Part shown: positions 9,482 through 18,642 of the stretch, in pieces
Position numbering within the stretch: the stretch's first letter is position 1
How the letters are laid out: each line of letters begins with the position of its first letter
Virus record (IMG/VR): IMGVR_UViG_3300008085_000072
Location: 1 to 35,134 of that record
Strand: one strand, 5' to 3'
Origin: a virus
Lineage: Duplodnaviria; Caudoviricetes
Length of the DNA: 35,134 nt
Position numbers and translations under genes: made by a program
Notes under the pieces: generated by a model
What the model saw: only the letters and a program-made list of their open reading frames with translations
What the model was told of the DNA's origin: nothing
Database searches by the model: none

Positions 9482-9512
9482 TAATAAACAACGCATATAA
9501 TTCGGAGAAATT

Positions 9513-10667
9513 ATGAACAACAAAAGAGTTACTGAAGATGATATGACCAAAGAAGTATCAGATAATTTGCAACGATTTATGAATAAAACTTCATTAGATA
9601 AAAAAAGCAATAAACCTTTACCAAAAAATAAATCATTTTTTGATCAAGAATTACCCAATAATCAAGAACTATTGGGAGGGAACGTAGAAGAATTTGATGA
9701 AGAGGAAAACGATATTAATACCGATGTTAATGAAGATGAATTTGAAGAAGATATTAATTTAGCTTTTAGAAAAGAATCCGATTCCAATAATAAATTTGAA
9801 GGATCACAAAAATTCTTTAAAAAACCAAATAAAACCAAAAATAATAACCCTCTTTCGGCATATTTTAGAGAACCCGGAATATATGTCAAATTGCCCAGCC
9901 AAGGAAATTATAGTTCAGATAATTCAATAAACTTTACCACAAATGGGGAAATTAGCGTTTTTCCAATGACCGCAAAAGATGAAGTTTGGTTTAAGAATCC
10001 CGATGCGTTATTGAATGGCGTAGCGATTGAAAAGGTATTAGAATCTTGTTGCCCTGATATTGGGGATATTAGAAATTTACCAATCAACGACATAAACGTG
10101 TTATTACTTGGGTTGCGTTACAGTTCATATGGAAAAGCTCTACACTTAAAAAGTTCATGCCCAAAATGTAAAACAGAAAACAGTTTTGCCGTTAATATAG
10201 AAGATTTGTTAGACAACATAAATTTCTTAGAAGCAGAATATAGCCTAACTATAGGCAAATTAAAAATTTATGTTAAACCATACACATATGATAGTATGAT
10301 AAAAGCTACCATCGTTACATTTGAAGAAGCAAAGGTAGTTCAATTAATACAAAATGAAGATTTGACAGACGACGAACGAAAAGAGTTAATTAAAGATTCA
10401 TTCCAAAGAATACATAGTTTATCGGTATTATTAATGAGCAACAGTATTGTTAAAATTATTACACCAGATAATAAAATCATAAAAGATGGTGATTTTATTA
10501 GCGAATGGCTAGATGAAATTGATAGAAACACATATAATGAATTAAAAGCAAAATTTGAAGAAATAAATAAAATAGGAGTACCAAATAATTATCACGTTAA
10601 ATGTACTAAATGCGAACATGAATTTTTAATTGATTTAGCATACGATCCAGCAACTTTTTTCGAGTAA
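9513..10667 (+). CDS. Baseplate hub/tail assembly chaperone (T4 gp26/gp51-like), Zn-binding
   Basis: Motifs NPLSAYFR..YVKLPS, PMTAKDE and LLGLRYSSYG; two CxxC pairs (CPKC, CTKC); C-terminus DPATFFE. Confidence 0.75.
   Translation: MNNKRVTEDDMTKEVSDNLQRFMNKTSLDKKSNKPLPKNKSFFDQELPNNQELLGGNVEEFDEEENDINTDVNEDEFEEDINLAFRKESDSNNKFEGSQKFFKKPNKTKNNNPLSAYFREPGIYVKLPSQGNYSSDNSINFTTNGEISVFPMTAKDEVWFKNPDALLNGVAIEKVLESCCPDIGDIRNLPINDINVLLLGLRYSSYGKALHLKSSCPKCKTENSFAVNIEDLLDNINFLEAEYSLTIGKLKIYVKPYTYDSMIKATIVTFEEAKVVQLIQNEDLTDDERKELIKDSFQRIHSLSVLLMSNSIVKIITPDNKIIKDGDFISEWLDEIDRNTYNELKAKFEEINKIGVPNNYHVKCTKCEHEFLIDLAYDPATFFE
10655..10661 (+). other. Putative -1 ribosomal frameshift slippery heptamer T TTT TTC
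   Basis: X XXY YYZ pattern in the correct phase, one sense codon before the TAA. The -1 frame is open into ORF 10673..10891. Confidence 0.65.
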
Positions 10668-10672
10668 GGCTC

Positions 10673-10891
10673 TTGCATTCTACTCCTGAAGAAGTAGTGG
10701 AATTAATAGCCAATATGGAGAAAGAAGCAAGAGCCATCCATAAACAAATAGCAGAAATTTGTTTTTATATGCGAGGTAGTATTAATTACTATCAAGCTTG
10801 GAATTTATCGTTTAAGGAAATAAAAATAATACAGGAACGAATTAAAGAGCAATTTGAATTTGTTAAAAAAAGCCAAATGCCAATTTTATAA
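10673..10891 (+). CDS. Small ORF, probably the frameshift extension (T-like domain) of the upstream chaperone
   Basis: TTG start with only a weak, closely spaced AAGG. The YMRGSINYYQAWNLSFKE motif resembles the short helical T domains of tail chaperones. It lies in the -1 frame of the upstream gene. Confidence 0.7.
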   Translation: MHSTPEEVVELIANMEKEARAIHKQIAEICFYMRGSINYYQAWNLSFKEIKIIQERIKEQFEFVKKSQMPIL

Positions 10892-10897
10892 GGAAAA

Positions 10898-11398
10898 ATG
10901 ATGGCCGGTGCCGCAAGTAAAAATAAAGGTAAATCAGGAGAACGAGAATTATGTAAAATTCTTGAAGGTTATTTTGGGGGGAGTTTCATTCGTGTCCACA
11001 ATAGCGGTGCATTTGTGGGTGGTAAAAATGCAGTTAGAAAAGCAACACTTTCGGAAAACCAAATAAGAAATGCCAAGGCAGACATTGTTACCCCCGACCA
11101 TATGCCAAAATTAATAGTAGAAAGTAAATTCTATGCTGATTTCCCATTCCATATGTTTTTAACAAGTCCAAATGTACCAATTTTAGATAGTTGGATACAA
11201 CAGCAATTGGATATTGTTGATCCTGGTGATTTTTGGATGGTATGTTTTAAAATTAATAGAAAAGGATGGTTTGGGTGTATCGAATATGATAATAAATTTA
11301 CCTACGCTCATCATATTCGATACAAAACTTATTCAGTTTTTAACTTACATGAATTTTTAAACCTAAACAAAAATTTAATTTTAGAAATTTCAAAATAA
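10898..11398 (+). CDS. Holliday junction resolvase (PD-(D/E)XK, Hjc-like)
   Basis: SKNKGKSGERE, ADI and VESK catalytic pattern; AAGGA RBS. Confidence 0.8.
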   Translation: MMAGAASKNKGKSGERELCKILEGYFGGSFIRVHNSGAFVGGKNAVRKATLSENQIRNAKADIVTPDHMPKLIVESKFYADFPFHMFLTSPNVPILDSWIQQQLDIVDPGDFWMVCFKINRKGWFGCIEYDNKFTYAHHIRYKTYSVFNLHEFLNLNKNLILEISK

Positions 11399-11399
11399 A

Positions 11400-11657
11400 T
11401 TAATTAGTTGGCCACAACACCAATGATCTAGGGCGGGCCAATAGTGCAATCCATTCGGATTCTTCCATATCAGCATCACGGGCGGTCCAGCAATCATCAT
11501 ATATATGTCCATACCAAGTTGTTTCAGGTACATATATACTACCATCATTGTAGTCAGCGAGAGGCGAAAAGCTGTTTCCTTCGGAATCTTTACTTAAAAT
11601 GATTTCCATATCATCAGGTAATCCAGCTAATATATCACGTAATTCTTTTACTTTCAT
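11400..11657 (-). CDS. Hypothetical phage protein (85 aa)
   Basis: MKVKELRDILAGLPDDMEI...DSEGNSFS N-terminus typical of small phage proteins; ATGA-type 4-bp overlap with the upstream gene. Confidence 0.8.
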   Translation of the reverse strand: MKVKELRDILAGLPDDMEIILSKDSEGNSFSPLADYNDGSIYVPETTWYGHIYDDCWTARDADMEESEWIALLARPRSLVLWPTN

Positions 11658-11935
11658 AATACTGCCTTTTCTATTTTAATAAGTTTTTCATCACAACGCA
11701 TTCTTACTTGAAATATTGCGTCCAATGTTAAGCAATATATAACTGCTCCTTGCCTCAAAAATTGACCAGGAACAAAATAGTTTAGTGTTTCATCTAAATA
11801 TAAAATAAATTCTTTATCCTCAACACTATTCCATATTTCAGTTTCTTCTGTCCAAAAAACATTTAATTTCAAATGTGCTTTCCACGGAAATTTATTTTTC
11901 CAAAGACTTGTTCTTTGTATTTCTCTATAATCCAT
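11654..11935 (-). CDS. Hypothetical protein (93 aa)
   Basis: Tightly coupled to neighbours by 1-bp and 4-bp overlaps. Confidence 0.7.
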   Translation of the reverse strand: MDYREIQRTSLWKNKFPWKAHLKLNVFWTEETEIWNSVEDKEFILYLDETLNYFVPGQFLRQGAVIYCLTLDAIFQVRMRCDEKLIKIEKAVL

Positions 11936-12171
11936 TAAATTTCTTTCTCATTATCCGGCCAAGGATCATCTAGAATACCATATTTTTCAACACTTTCTTT
12001 AATTCTATCCAAAATATATAAAATTGTTTCAATAGATTCGCCCTCGTCCAAATAGGCTTCTATTGCTAATGGTGATTCTGTCATGCCTTGGGGTGTACCA
12101 TCGTCATCATAATATACTTCTCTAATACTCAATATATTATTTGATCTAACTACTCTATAATTCCAACTCAT
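11935..12171 (-). CDS. Hypothetical phage protein (78 aa)
   Basis: WNYRVV...IREVYYDDDG motif; overlaps both neighbours. Confidence 0.8.
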   Translation of the reverse strand: MSWNYRVVRSNNILSIREVYYDDDGTPQGMTESPLAIEAYLDEGESIETILYILDRIKESVEKYGILDDPWPDNEKEI

Positions 12172-12515
12172 TTCGTTTCCTTAAAAATTCGTATTTCATC
12201 AACTATACTCTTAACAATTACCGAATCCAGCAACATTGAATAAAATATTTTGTCTATACCTTTTGTAAAAATAACATCATCAAATTTTTTACCGTAATTA
12301 TCGTAAAAAATCCAATTATCTTTACCCAAAATATTATCAAATTCTTTTTTAAGGGTATTCGCTCTTTGTATACTTTCCATCACATTATTAGTAAATTTTA
12401 AAATTATCATCACATTATAATCGGAATATATTAAATCAGGCGGCCATCCGCTATCATATTTATCATCAATTTCAACAATGTTAATAGTTTTTACCGGATC
12501 TCTAGAATAATCCAT
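12168..12515 (-). CDS. Hypothetical protein (115 aa)
   Basis: TAATG overlap with gp46 and ATGA overlap with the next gene. Confidence 0.7.
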   Translation of the reverse strand: MDYSRDPVKTINIVEIDDKYDSGWPPDLIYSDYNVMIILKFTNNVMESIQRANTLKKEFDNILGKDNWIFYDNYGKKFDDVIFTKGIDKIFYSMLLDSVIVKSIVDEIRIFKETK

Positions 12516-14290
12516 TATTGCAAATCCTGTAACATGGTGAATCCATTTTCCTTAACTACCATCAAAATCTGTGTTACTCTATTAATAAGCTCTTCTCTAT
12601 GGGAAATCAAGAAAATATTTTTGTTGCGTTCTCTGCTCATTTTCTTTAAAATTTCCAAAGCACTTTCAACACCTGCGGGGTCTAATCCGTTATCAATTAA
12701 TTCATCAATAAACAACATGTTCATAGGCATATTTAAAGATTCAAATACATCTCTAAATGCCCAACTCAAACTTAATATCAATCTAGTTCGTTCGCCTCTA
12801 CTTAAGTTATCAAAATCAAATTCTAAACCAAGTTCAGAAATTTCAACACTTAAATCATTTAAAAATTTAACCGAATGAGGCAACTGCATTTGTCCCAAAT
12901 AAAATGATAAACGATTATTTAAATAATTTAAATTTTGGTCTATTATTCTTTTTCTAATAAAACTGTCTTTATTGGTTAAAAATTTAAGCAAATATTCCTG
13001 ATGATCTTTAAGTCTGGTAAGTTCATTTATTTTTTCATATTTTAATTCTTGTATACCTGTATTTTTTAATGTTTCTATCTGATCAAGATATGGATCTTTT
13101 CTATCCGACAGATATTCTAATTCTTTAGTCAATGTTTCAAGACTTGACCTATGATTATATGCATCGCTTAGTGATGCATAAAATACGGTAGGTTTATCAC
13201 CCAAAGTATCATATTGTGTGGTAGCAGCTTCTAATTCAACGTCCAATACTGCTATTTCACGTTCATACTCTGCTATTTCTGTTGCAATAGTTTCTATTTT
13301 CTTAACCAACCCTTCACGCAACTCTTCGTGTTTGTGATCCTGTATTTTTTGCTCACAGCTTGGGCATTTATTTTCATCCAACAACAAAATATCTTTTTCA
13401 TATTGTGCTAATCTTTTCAAGGCAGTGTTTAAATTTTTAGAAAAATTAATTTTATTCTTATCCAAATTTGTAATAATTTTTTCAATTTCTTCTACATCTG
13501 TTTTAATTTTGTGATTGGCAATTTCTGCATCAATATCCAAATGACTTAGTGCATTTAATGCGTCTTCTGCTTCGCATTTCTTTTTATCTATATCTCTAGC
13601 AAAAATTAAACTTTTTCGTTCCAAATCTTCTATGGTTTTAGCTATTTTAGCGTTGCTTTCCTTAGTTGATTGCAACCTTATTTCTTCTTCACGGATATGT
13701 TCTTTATTTTCTCTAATACGTTCTTTTAATTTTTCAGCTTTTAAACTTAAAAGAGTAATGCCCAAAAGTTCTTCAATAACTGCTCGTTGACTACCGATTG
13801 CCATTGACAAAAATGGTTCCGTAAATGTGTTCATAACCATAATGTGTTTGAACAATGTAGCACTCATGCCAAACACACGTTCGATTTCTTTTTGAGTCCA
13901 CCTGCTATCGCCTTCGGCTTCATCTGTATCAGGGCTGTTAACAACCCTATTATTGACTATCCAGCGAAGATACGTTGGGCGCCGCCCACGCTCTATTCTA
14001 TGCTTTGCACCATTTTTTTCAAACTCTAGAGCAACCTCCATGTTTTTTGAATTGGTTTTATTGATTAAGTTATCTTTCTTAATCTGAGTTAACGCATTGC
14101 CGTATATTGCGTAAGATATTGCTTGAACAATAGTTGATTTTCCCACACCATTTCTAGCGCCACTTGAAGTGGATACGTCCAAATTTTCACCCAAAACTAG
14201 AGTGAGAGGGTCTCGGTCCAAAATAACGTATTGCTGAACGTTGCCTATTGATAAAAAATTTCTTATTTCTATTTTTGTAAGTTTAAGCAT
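12515..14290 (-). CDS. gp46: Recombination endonuclease ATPase subunit (gp46/Rad50/SbcC)
   Basis: Walker A NGVGKST, zinc hook CPSC inside a coiled coil, signature LSRGE, Walker B FIDE, H-loop ISH. Confidence 0.95.
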   Translation of the reverse strand: MLKLTKIEIRNFLSIGNVQQYVILDRDPLTLVLGENLDVSTSSGARNGVGKSTIVQAISYAIYGNALTQIKKDNLINKTNSKNMEVALEFEKNGAKHRIERGRRPTYLRWIVNNRVVNSPDTDEAEGDSRWTQKEIERVFGMSATLFKHIMVMNTFTEPFLSMAIGSQRAVIEELLGITLLSLKAEKLKERIRENKEHIREEEIRLQSTKESNAKIAKTIEDLERKSLIFARDIDKKKCEAEDALNALSHLDIDAEIANHKIKTDVEEIEKIITNLDKNKINFSKNLNTALKRLAQYEKDILLLDENKCPSCEQKIQDHKHEELREGLVKKIETIATEIAEYEREIAVLDVELEAATTQYDTLGDKPTVFYASLSDAYNHRSSLETLTKELEYLSDRKDPYLDQIETLKNTGIQELKYEKINELTRLKDHQEYLLKFLTNKDSFIRKRIIDQNLNYLNNRLSFYLGQMQLPHSVKFLNDLSVEISELGLEFDFDNLSRGERTRLILSLSWAFRDVFESLNMPMNMLFIDELIDNGLDPAGVESALEILKKMSRERNKNIFLISHREELINRVTQILMVVKENGFTMLQDLQ

Positions 14291-15328
14291 TTATGCCCCG
14301 TCTACATCTAAACTATTATATAATTCTATTAATAACGTATGATCTATAAAACTTTCAGTATTTTCTATGCTACTCAATCCTTCTATAACTATTTGATCAA
14401 CCGTTTTAAACTCTGAACTGTTAACTTGTACAGTTTCATCATCCGTCTTTTGGTAGGGGACTAAACTAATTTCTCTAGCACCAAATTGTTCAACAAATCC
14501 CTCACGTAAATATTGAAATTCTTCATAAGTTACATCAATATCTGTTGTTATTCTAGCATAGGTATATTCATTTAAAATATTTTCAGGGCCTATTTCCAAT
14601 AATTCACTTAATTTAAGTGTAACGAACCTTGGTTGTTCGGGCCACATTTTAAATTCGGGGTCTTTACCCCATTCCAAAAACATCATGCCACGTTCTTCGT
14701 CCCAAGCGTCTGAATAGTTGTGTGGAAATGGACTGCCAATATACCAAATATTTTTTTGCTTTTGTCTCTTATGAAAGTGTCCAGAAAATACATATTCATT
14801 ATTGGCTAGGTCATCACCAGTTAATTCCCCGTTATCTGGCATAGCCACCATAGCATTCATTAAGAATGCCGGTAATTCAAAATGGCCGAACATGTATTTT
14901 GATTTAATTTGCTGAACTTCCTTCCATTCATGGCCAATTAACCACGGAATGAATGCACAATCACCAATAACAGTGGGTTCGTAAATAATTTTAGTATTTT
15001 TTAAATTTCTAGCAAATTCAATTGAATTAATCTCTCGTTTTTCACGATAATATAAGTCGTGATTGCCTAATATAAAATAAACCTGTTTAAAACTTTTATC
15101 AAGCAATTCTAAATTTGAAAGACTATAATTTAGAGTTGATACGTTAATGAAGCGTCGATTGTCATGCCAATCACCCAAAAATATACAAGTATCTGCCCCC
15201 CATGAGTGAGCTTCTTCTACAAACCATTTAACAAAATTTTCACAATCTATATTGAATTGTCTTGAGTTATTCTTCTTACCAAAATGTATATCACCAAAAA
15301 CGGCCGCTTTATTAAATAATTGTTTCAT
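14291..15328 (-). CDS. gp47: Recombination endonuclease nuclease subunit (gp47/Mre11/SbcD)
   Basis: Phosphoesterase motifs GDIHFG, LGDWHD, GNHD, GHFE and SGHFH. The start is more likely ATG 15328 (MKQLF, with AGGA/GGA upstream) than 15349. Confidence 0.93.
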   Translation of the reverse strand: MKQLFNKAAVFGDIHFGKKNNSRQFNIDCENFVKWFVEEAHSWGADTCIFLGDWHDNRRFINVSTLNYSLSNLELLDKSFKQVYFILGNHDLYYREKREINSIEFARNLKNTKIIYEPTVIGDCAFIPWLIGHEWKEVQQIKSKYMFGHFELPAFLMNAMVAMPDNGELTGDDLANNEYVFSGHFHKRQKQKNIWYIGSPFPHNYSDAWDEERGMMFLEWGKDPEFKMWPEQPRFVTLKLSELLEIGPENILNEYTYARITTDIDVTYEEFQYLREGFVEQFGAREISLVPYQKTDDETVQVNSSEFKTVDQIVIEGLSSIENTESFIDHTLLIELYNSLDVDGA

Positions 15329-16838
15329 ATATCCATTCCTGTTTACCACAATCCCAAATTTTTGGTATTCCTATTTTTGTCATCATTTCTGTTTCAGTAG
15401 AACAATCATTAAAATCTATTTCGGGAAATTTTTTTAAAATATTATTTTTAGTAAATCTACTACAATGTACTACTTCATTACGATATAAATAATGATATGC
15501 TGGTCCAATTTCAGCACCTTTTTTAAAGCCAATCTTTTCATATGATTTTCCATCAAACCATCTATTATCAGAAAAACTAACAACATTGGTAAAATTTAAA
15601 TCAATTTTAGCAAATTTAAAAATTTTAGAAAATAATCCCGGATATATGCCAAAATCAGAAACCCATCGTCTTAATTCAAATCTCCTATTTTCCTTATTAC
15701 CGCGCGTATACGAAAAACACATAGCAGCCTTTATTTCATCACCAATAAAACCCCCATAATATGCTATACCAGATACAAATCCCTGAATATGATATTTTTC
15801 TACCATATTCCTATAATTAGCAGTATCAATACGTTTAATAATAAATTTTCTACCATGAATTTTATTATTATTAATGCCAATATTATTTTTTATAATATTT
15901 TTTATAATATCAGATTTAGCATACCATTCTGTTTCAAAAATTGTAAGTAATTTAATATTTCTTTCTTTACACCATTTCCATTTATTATAATGATACAATT
16001 TATCTTTAAATTTATCAGAATGCCAATGGTCACCATTCATTTCTATTGCTAAATTATATTCCGGTAGATAAAAATCTAATTCATATGGTGTTATAATGGT
16101 TTTATCATTTTGAATAAAATCTATGCCCAGTTCTGTTAAAAACAAACGCATGTCTGCTTCTAATGAACTAATATATTTATTTGGTGTAATATTATAAATT
16201 TGACAATATCGTATTACTGTATTTCTATCAATGTTAAGTTTATTTGCTATACCCTGTGGAGAATAATTATCAATTAAATTCTGGAATGTATTTTTATCTT
16301 TTAATATTTGTAAAGAATCTTTGGGGGTATGAATATGCCCGATACAACCAATACCATATTTATGTTGTAACGTGTTGATTAATTTTTCCTTAGATTTAGA
16401 TGATTTTCTATTCTGCTCTGCTTTATTTCTAATACCATCATTTTGAAAAGTATATTCTACACCATACTTTTTTAAATTATTATTTTTTCTTTTTTCCTGC
16501 ACATCAGGCGATAATAATATATTTTCAACTCCATATTTTTTTATATTATGGATGATTTGGTTATTTTTATATTCTTCACACGTTGCTCTGCATTTATATG
16601 AACAATATTTTCTATATTTGTTTTGATCAGATACCCAATTTAACTCATTACCACAATTTATATTTTTACATTTTGGAAATGTTTTTTCATGATTTATTAT
16701 ATGCCAAAGAATTTGTCTAGGTTTACCTTTAACTATAATTCTTTCATCTATATCAAAACAAGAAAAATCTATGATTTTTAAGTCTTTTTTAGTTAAGACT
16801 TTTTTATCATTTAATATATAGATATAATCTGGCAACAT
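15312..16838 (-). CDS. Free-standing Hef-like homing endonuclease (Zn finger, KYG repeats, VSR-like PD-(D/E)XK nuclease, GNAT-like C-terminus)
   Basis: CKNINC...YCSYKC; KKYGVEN/KKYGVEY/HKYGIG repeats; ELDFYLPEYNLAIEMNGDHWH; VSFSDNRWFDGKSYEKIGF...IWDCG. Inserted between gp55 and gp47. Confidence 0.75.
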   Translation of the reverse strand: MLPDYIYILNDKKVLTKKDLKIIDFSCFDIDERIIVKGKPRQILWHIINHEKTFPKCKNINCGNELNWVSDQNKYRKYCSYKCRATCEEYKNNQIIHNIKKYGVENILLSPDVQEKRKNNNLKKYGVEYTFQNDGIRNKAEQNRKSSKSKEKLINTLQHKYGIGCIGHIHTPKDSLQILKDKNTFQNLIDNYSPQGIANKLNIDRNTVIRYCQIYNITPNKYISSLEADMRLFLTELGIDFIQNDKTIITPYELDFYLPEYNLAIEMNGDHWHSDKFKDKLYHYNKWKWCKERNIKLLTIFETEWYAKSDIIKNIIKNNIGINNNKIHGRKFIIKRIDTANYRNMVEKYHIQGFVSGIAYYGGFIGDEIKAAMCFSYTRGNKENRRFELRRWVSDFGIYPGLFSKIFKFAKIDLNFTNVVSFSDNRWFDGKSYEKIGFKKGAEIGPAYHYLYRNEVVHCSRFTKNNILKKFPEIDFNDCSTETEMMTKIGIPKIWDCGKQEWIYETII

Positions 16839-16921
16839 TATTAAATCTCTATTTTTTACTTAATTATATATACTATAGAGAAATGAGTTAATCAATAATA
16901 TATTTCATTAATCCGTGTAAA

Positions 16922-17725
16922 TTATTCATACGTATTGTAACTTCCGCCACTTTCATTATCCATTGCATAACTATGGCTTGGGCTATAACCACTTTCAATC
17001 ATCATTTTATTTTTAATAGTTGATACTTTATCTTCCGAATTGAGAGTTCCCCTAAATGAGTTAGTAACAATACAAGTAAAATATGCGAACGGGTTTTGAC
17101 TTTTTGCTTCATCAAATTTGAGAGCAACGTCTATTAACTGCATTAATGCTTGGCCTTTCATATCTTCAAGCCAAGTATAACCACGCCAATTTCCCTTTTG
17201 ACTATATCGTTCTACTAATTTTAAAAACATCATTGCAAGTTTATTGGTAAGTCTTCCTTGGCTTAAGCAAAAACCACCGTTTTCTAAACCATTACTCCAA
17301 TGGCTGCGTCCTACTTCAACCAACTCACCTGTTTCATTAAAAATATAATGTTTGAATGGGTTAAAATTTAATTTAACTACTCTTTCTCGATTGCTTAAAT
17401 TTTTTGCTTTTTTATTTTTTCTTATTTCTTCCGGAATATGAGTTTCATCCATTACTCGAAAAATTAAATCTAGTTTATCAAAATCCGCAGAAGAAGTTAA
17501 TTTTGGATTTTTATCAGAATTTTCTTTTATTATTCTATTTACTTTGTCAGATCTGTTTTCTTTCGCTTGCTTAATTAATTCATCAGTAATATCAGCTATA
17601 TTATAAACAATTATATCATAATCCTCATATTCCTTTGAAGTATAATAGCAAAATGTGTTCTTAGATTTATGTATTTCTAATAATAAATCTCTATTATTTA
17701 AATAATTAATTTTTCTTTTGGCCAT
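16922..17725 (-). CDS. gp55: Late transcription sigma factor (T4 gp55-like)
   Basis: NYLNNRDLL, NWRGYTWLEDM and KFDEAKSQNPFAYFT motifs. ATG 17725 with AAGGA RBS; upstream of gp47/gp46 as in T4. Confidence 0.88.
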   Translation of the reverse strand: MAKRKINYLNNRDLLLEIHKSKNTFCYYTSKEYEDYDIIVYNIADITDELIKQAKENRSDKVNRIIKENSDKNPKLTSSADFDKLDLIFRVMDETHIPEEIRKNKKAKNLSNRERVVKLNFNPFKHYIFNETGELVEVGRSHWSNGLENGGFCLSQGRLTNKLAMMFLKLVERYSQKGNWRGYTWLEDMKGQALMQLIDVALKFDEAKSQNPFAYFTCIVTNSFRGTLNSEDKVSTIKNKMMIESGYSPSHSYAMDNESGGSYNTYE

Positions 17726-17756
17726 CAATATTCCTTGTTAAGTTAACTTATTAATA

Positions 17757-17785
17757 AGTATAAGATCTTTATATTACATATTCAA
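17757..17785 (-). promoter_or_regulatory. Sigma70-type promoter for the gp55-endonuclease-gp47-gp46 operon
   Basis: Minus strand TTGAAT, 17-bp spacer, TATACT. Confidence 0.6.
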
Positions 17786-17813
17786 ATATTATAATAGTAT
17801 TTAATTTTTAAAA

Positions 17814-17821
17814 TATAAATA
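17814..17821 (+). promoter_or_regulatory. Late promoter TATAAATA
   Basis: Exact consensus 27 bp before ATG 17849, at the head of the baseplate operon. Confidence 0.7.
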
Positions 17822-17848
17822 GTATTAAGAATATTTACGGGTTTTATT

Positions 17849-18628
17849 ATGCGAGCTAAAGATTTTATATTTGAAGAAGCTGTTCCTGGTGTGGAAAATT
17901 ATGCGGTAATTATGGGCGGTCGTTTTCAACCCCCGCACAAGGGGCATAATGCAATATATAAGTATTTATCCACGAACTTCAATCCAAATAATGTAATAAT
18001 AGCTACAAGCAATAAAACAGATAAAGAAACACTTGATAAATATAATAAAAATTTAGAAGAATACAATAAAAAATATGAGCAATATCTAATAAAAAAATCT
18101 GCGGCAGAAACCAAAGGAAATAAAATTCCACCAGAACCCAAAAAACCTAACCCGCCCGTAGTAAAAAGTTATTTTAATTTTGAAGAAAAGAAAAAACTAT
18201 GGATTGATTTATTTGGTATTCAATCAAATAAAATTCAATACTCGGCTATACCTGCATTTAATCCAATTGAAATATTAAGTAAATTACCGGATAATACAGC
18301 GTATATTACCGTCACATCCGAAAAAGATAAGGAACGTTTTGAGGGGAGAGAATTTTATAAACCATATCCATTTAATGGCAATAAACCAGTACCATTTGAC
18401 GATATAAAATCAGAATTATATCCGTATAAAGAACATGGCTACTATATAATATTGCCATCATTAGAAGGTGGTATTTCTGCTACCAAAGTACGAGAAGTAA
18501 TTCAAAGTCCAACAAAATCATATGAAGATAAAATTACTTTCCTAAAACAACTATACGGAAGAGAAAATAAATCCGCGTTTGATTTAATAATAAAACGTCT
18601 GGGTGGTGATTGGTTTAATGATGTATAA
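17849..18628 (+). CDS. Cytidylyltransferase-family (HIGH) nucleotidyltransferase
   Basis: GGRFQPPHKGH (HxGH) and ISATKVRE motifs. Confidence 0.82.
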   Translation: MRAKDFIFEEAVPGVENYAVIMGGRFQPPHKGHNAIYKYLSTNFNPNNVIIATSNKTDKETLDKYNKNLEEYNKKYEQYLIKKSAAETKGNKIPPEPKKPNPPVVKSYFNFEEKKKLWIDLFGIQSNKIQYSAIPAFNPIEILSKLPDNTAYITVTSEKDKERFEGREFYKPYPFNGNKPVPFDDIKSELYPYKEHGYYIILPSLEGGISATKVREVIQSPTKSYEDKITFLKQLYGRENKSAFDLIIKRLGGDWFNDV

Positions 18629-18642
18629 TCAAAGGAAATTTA

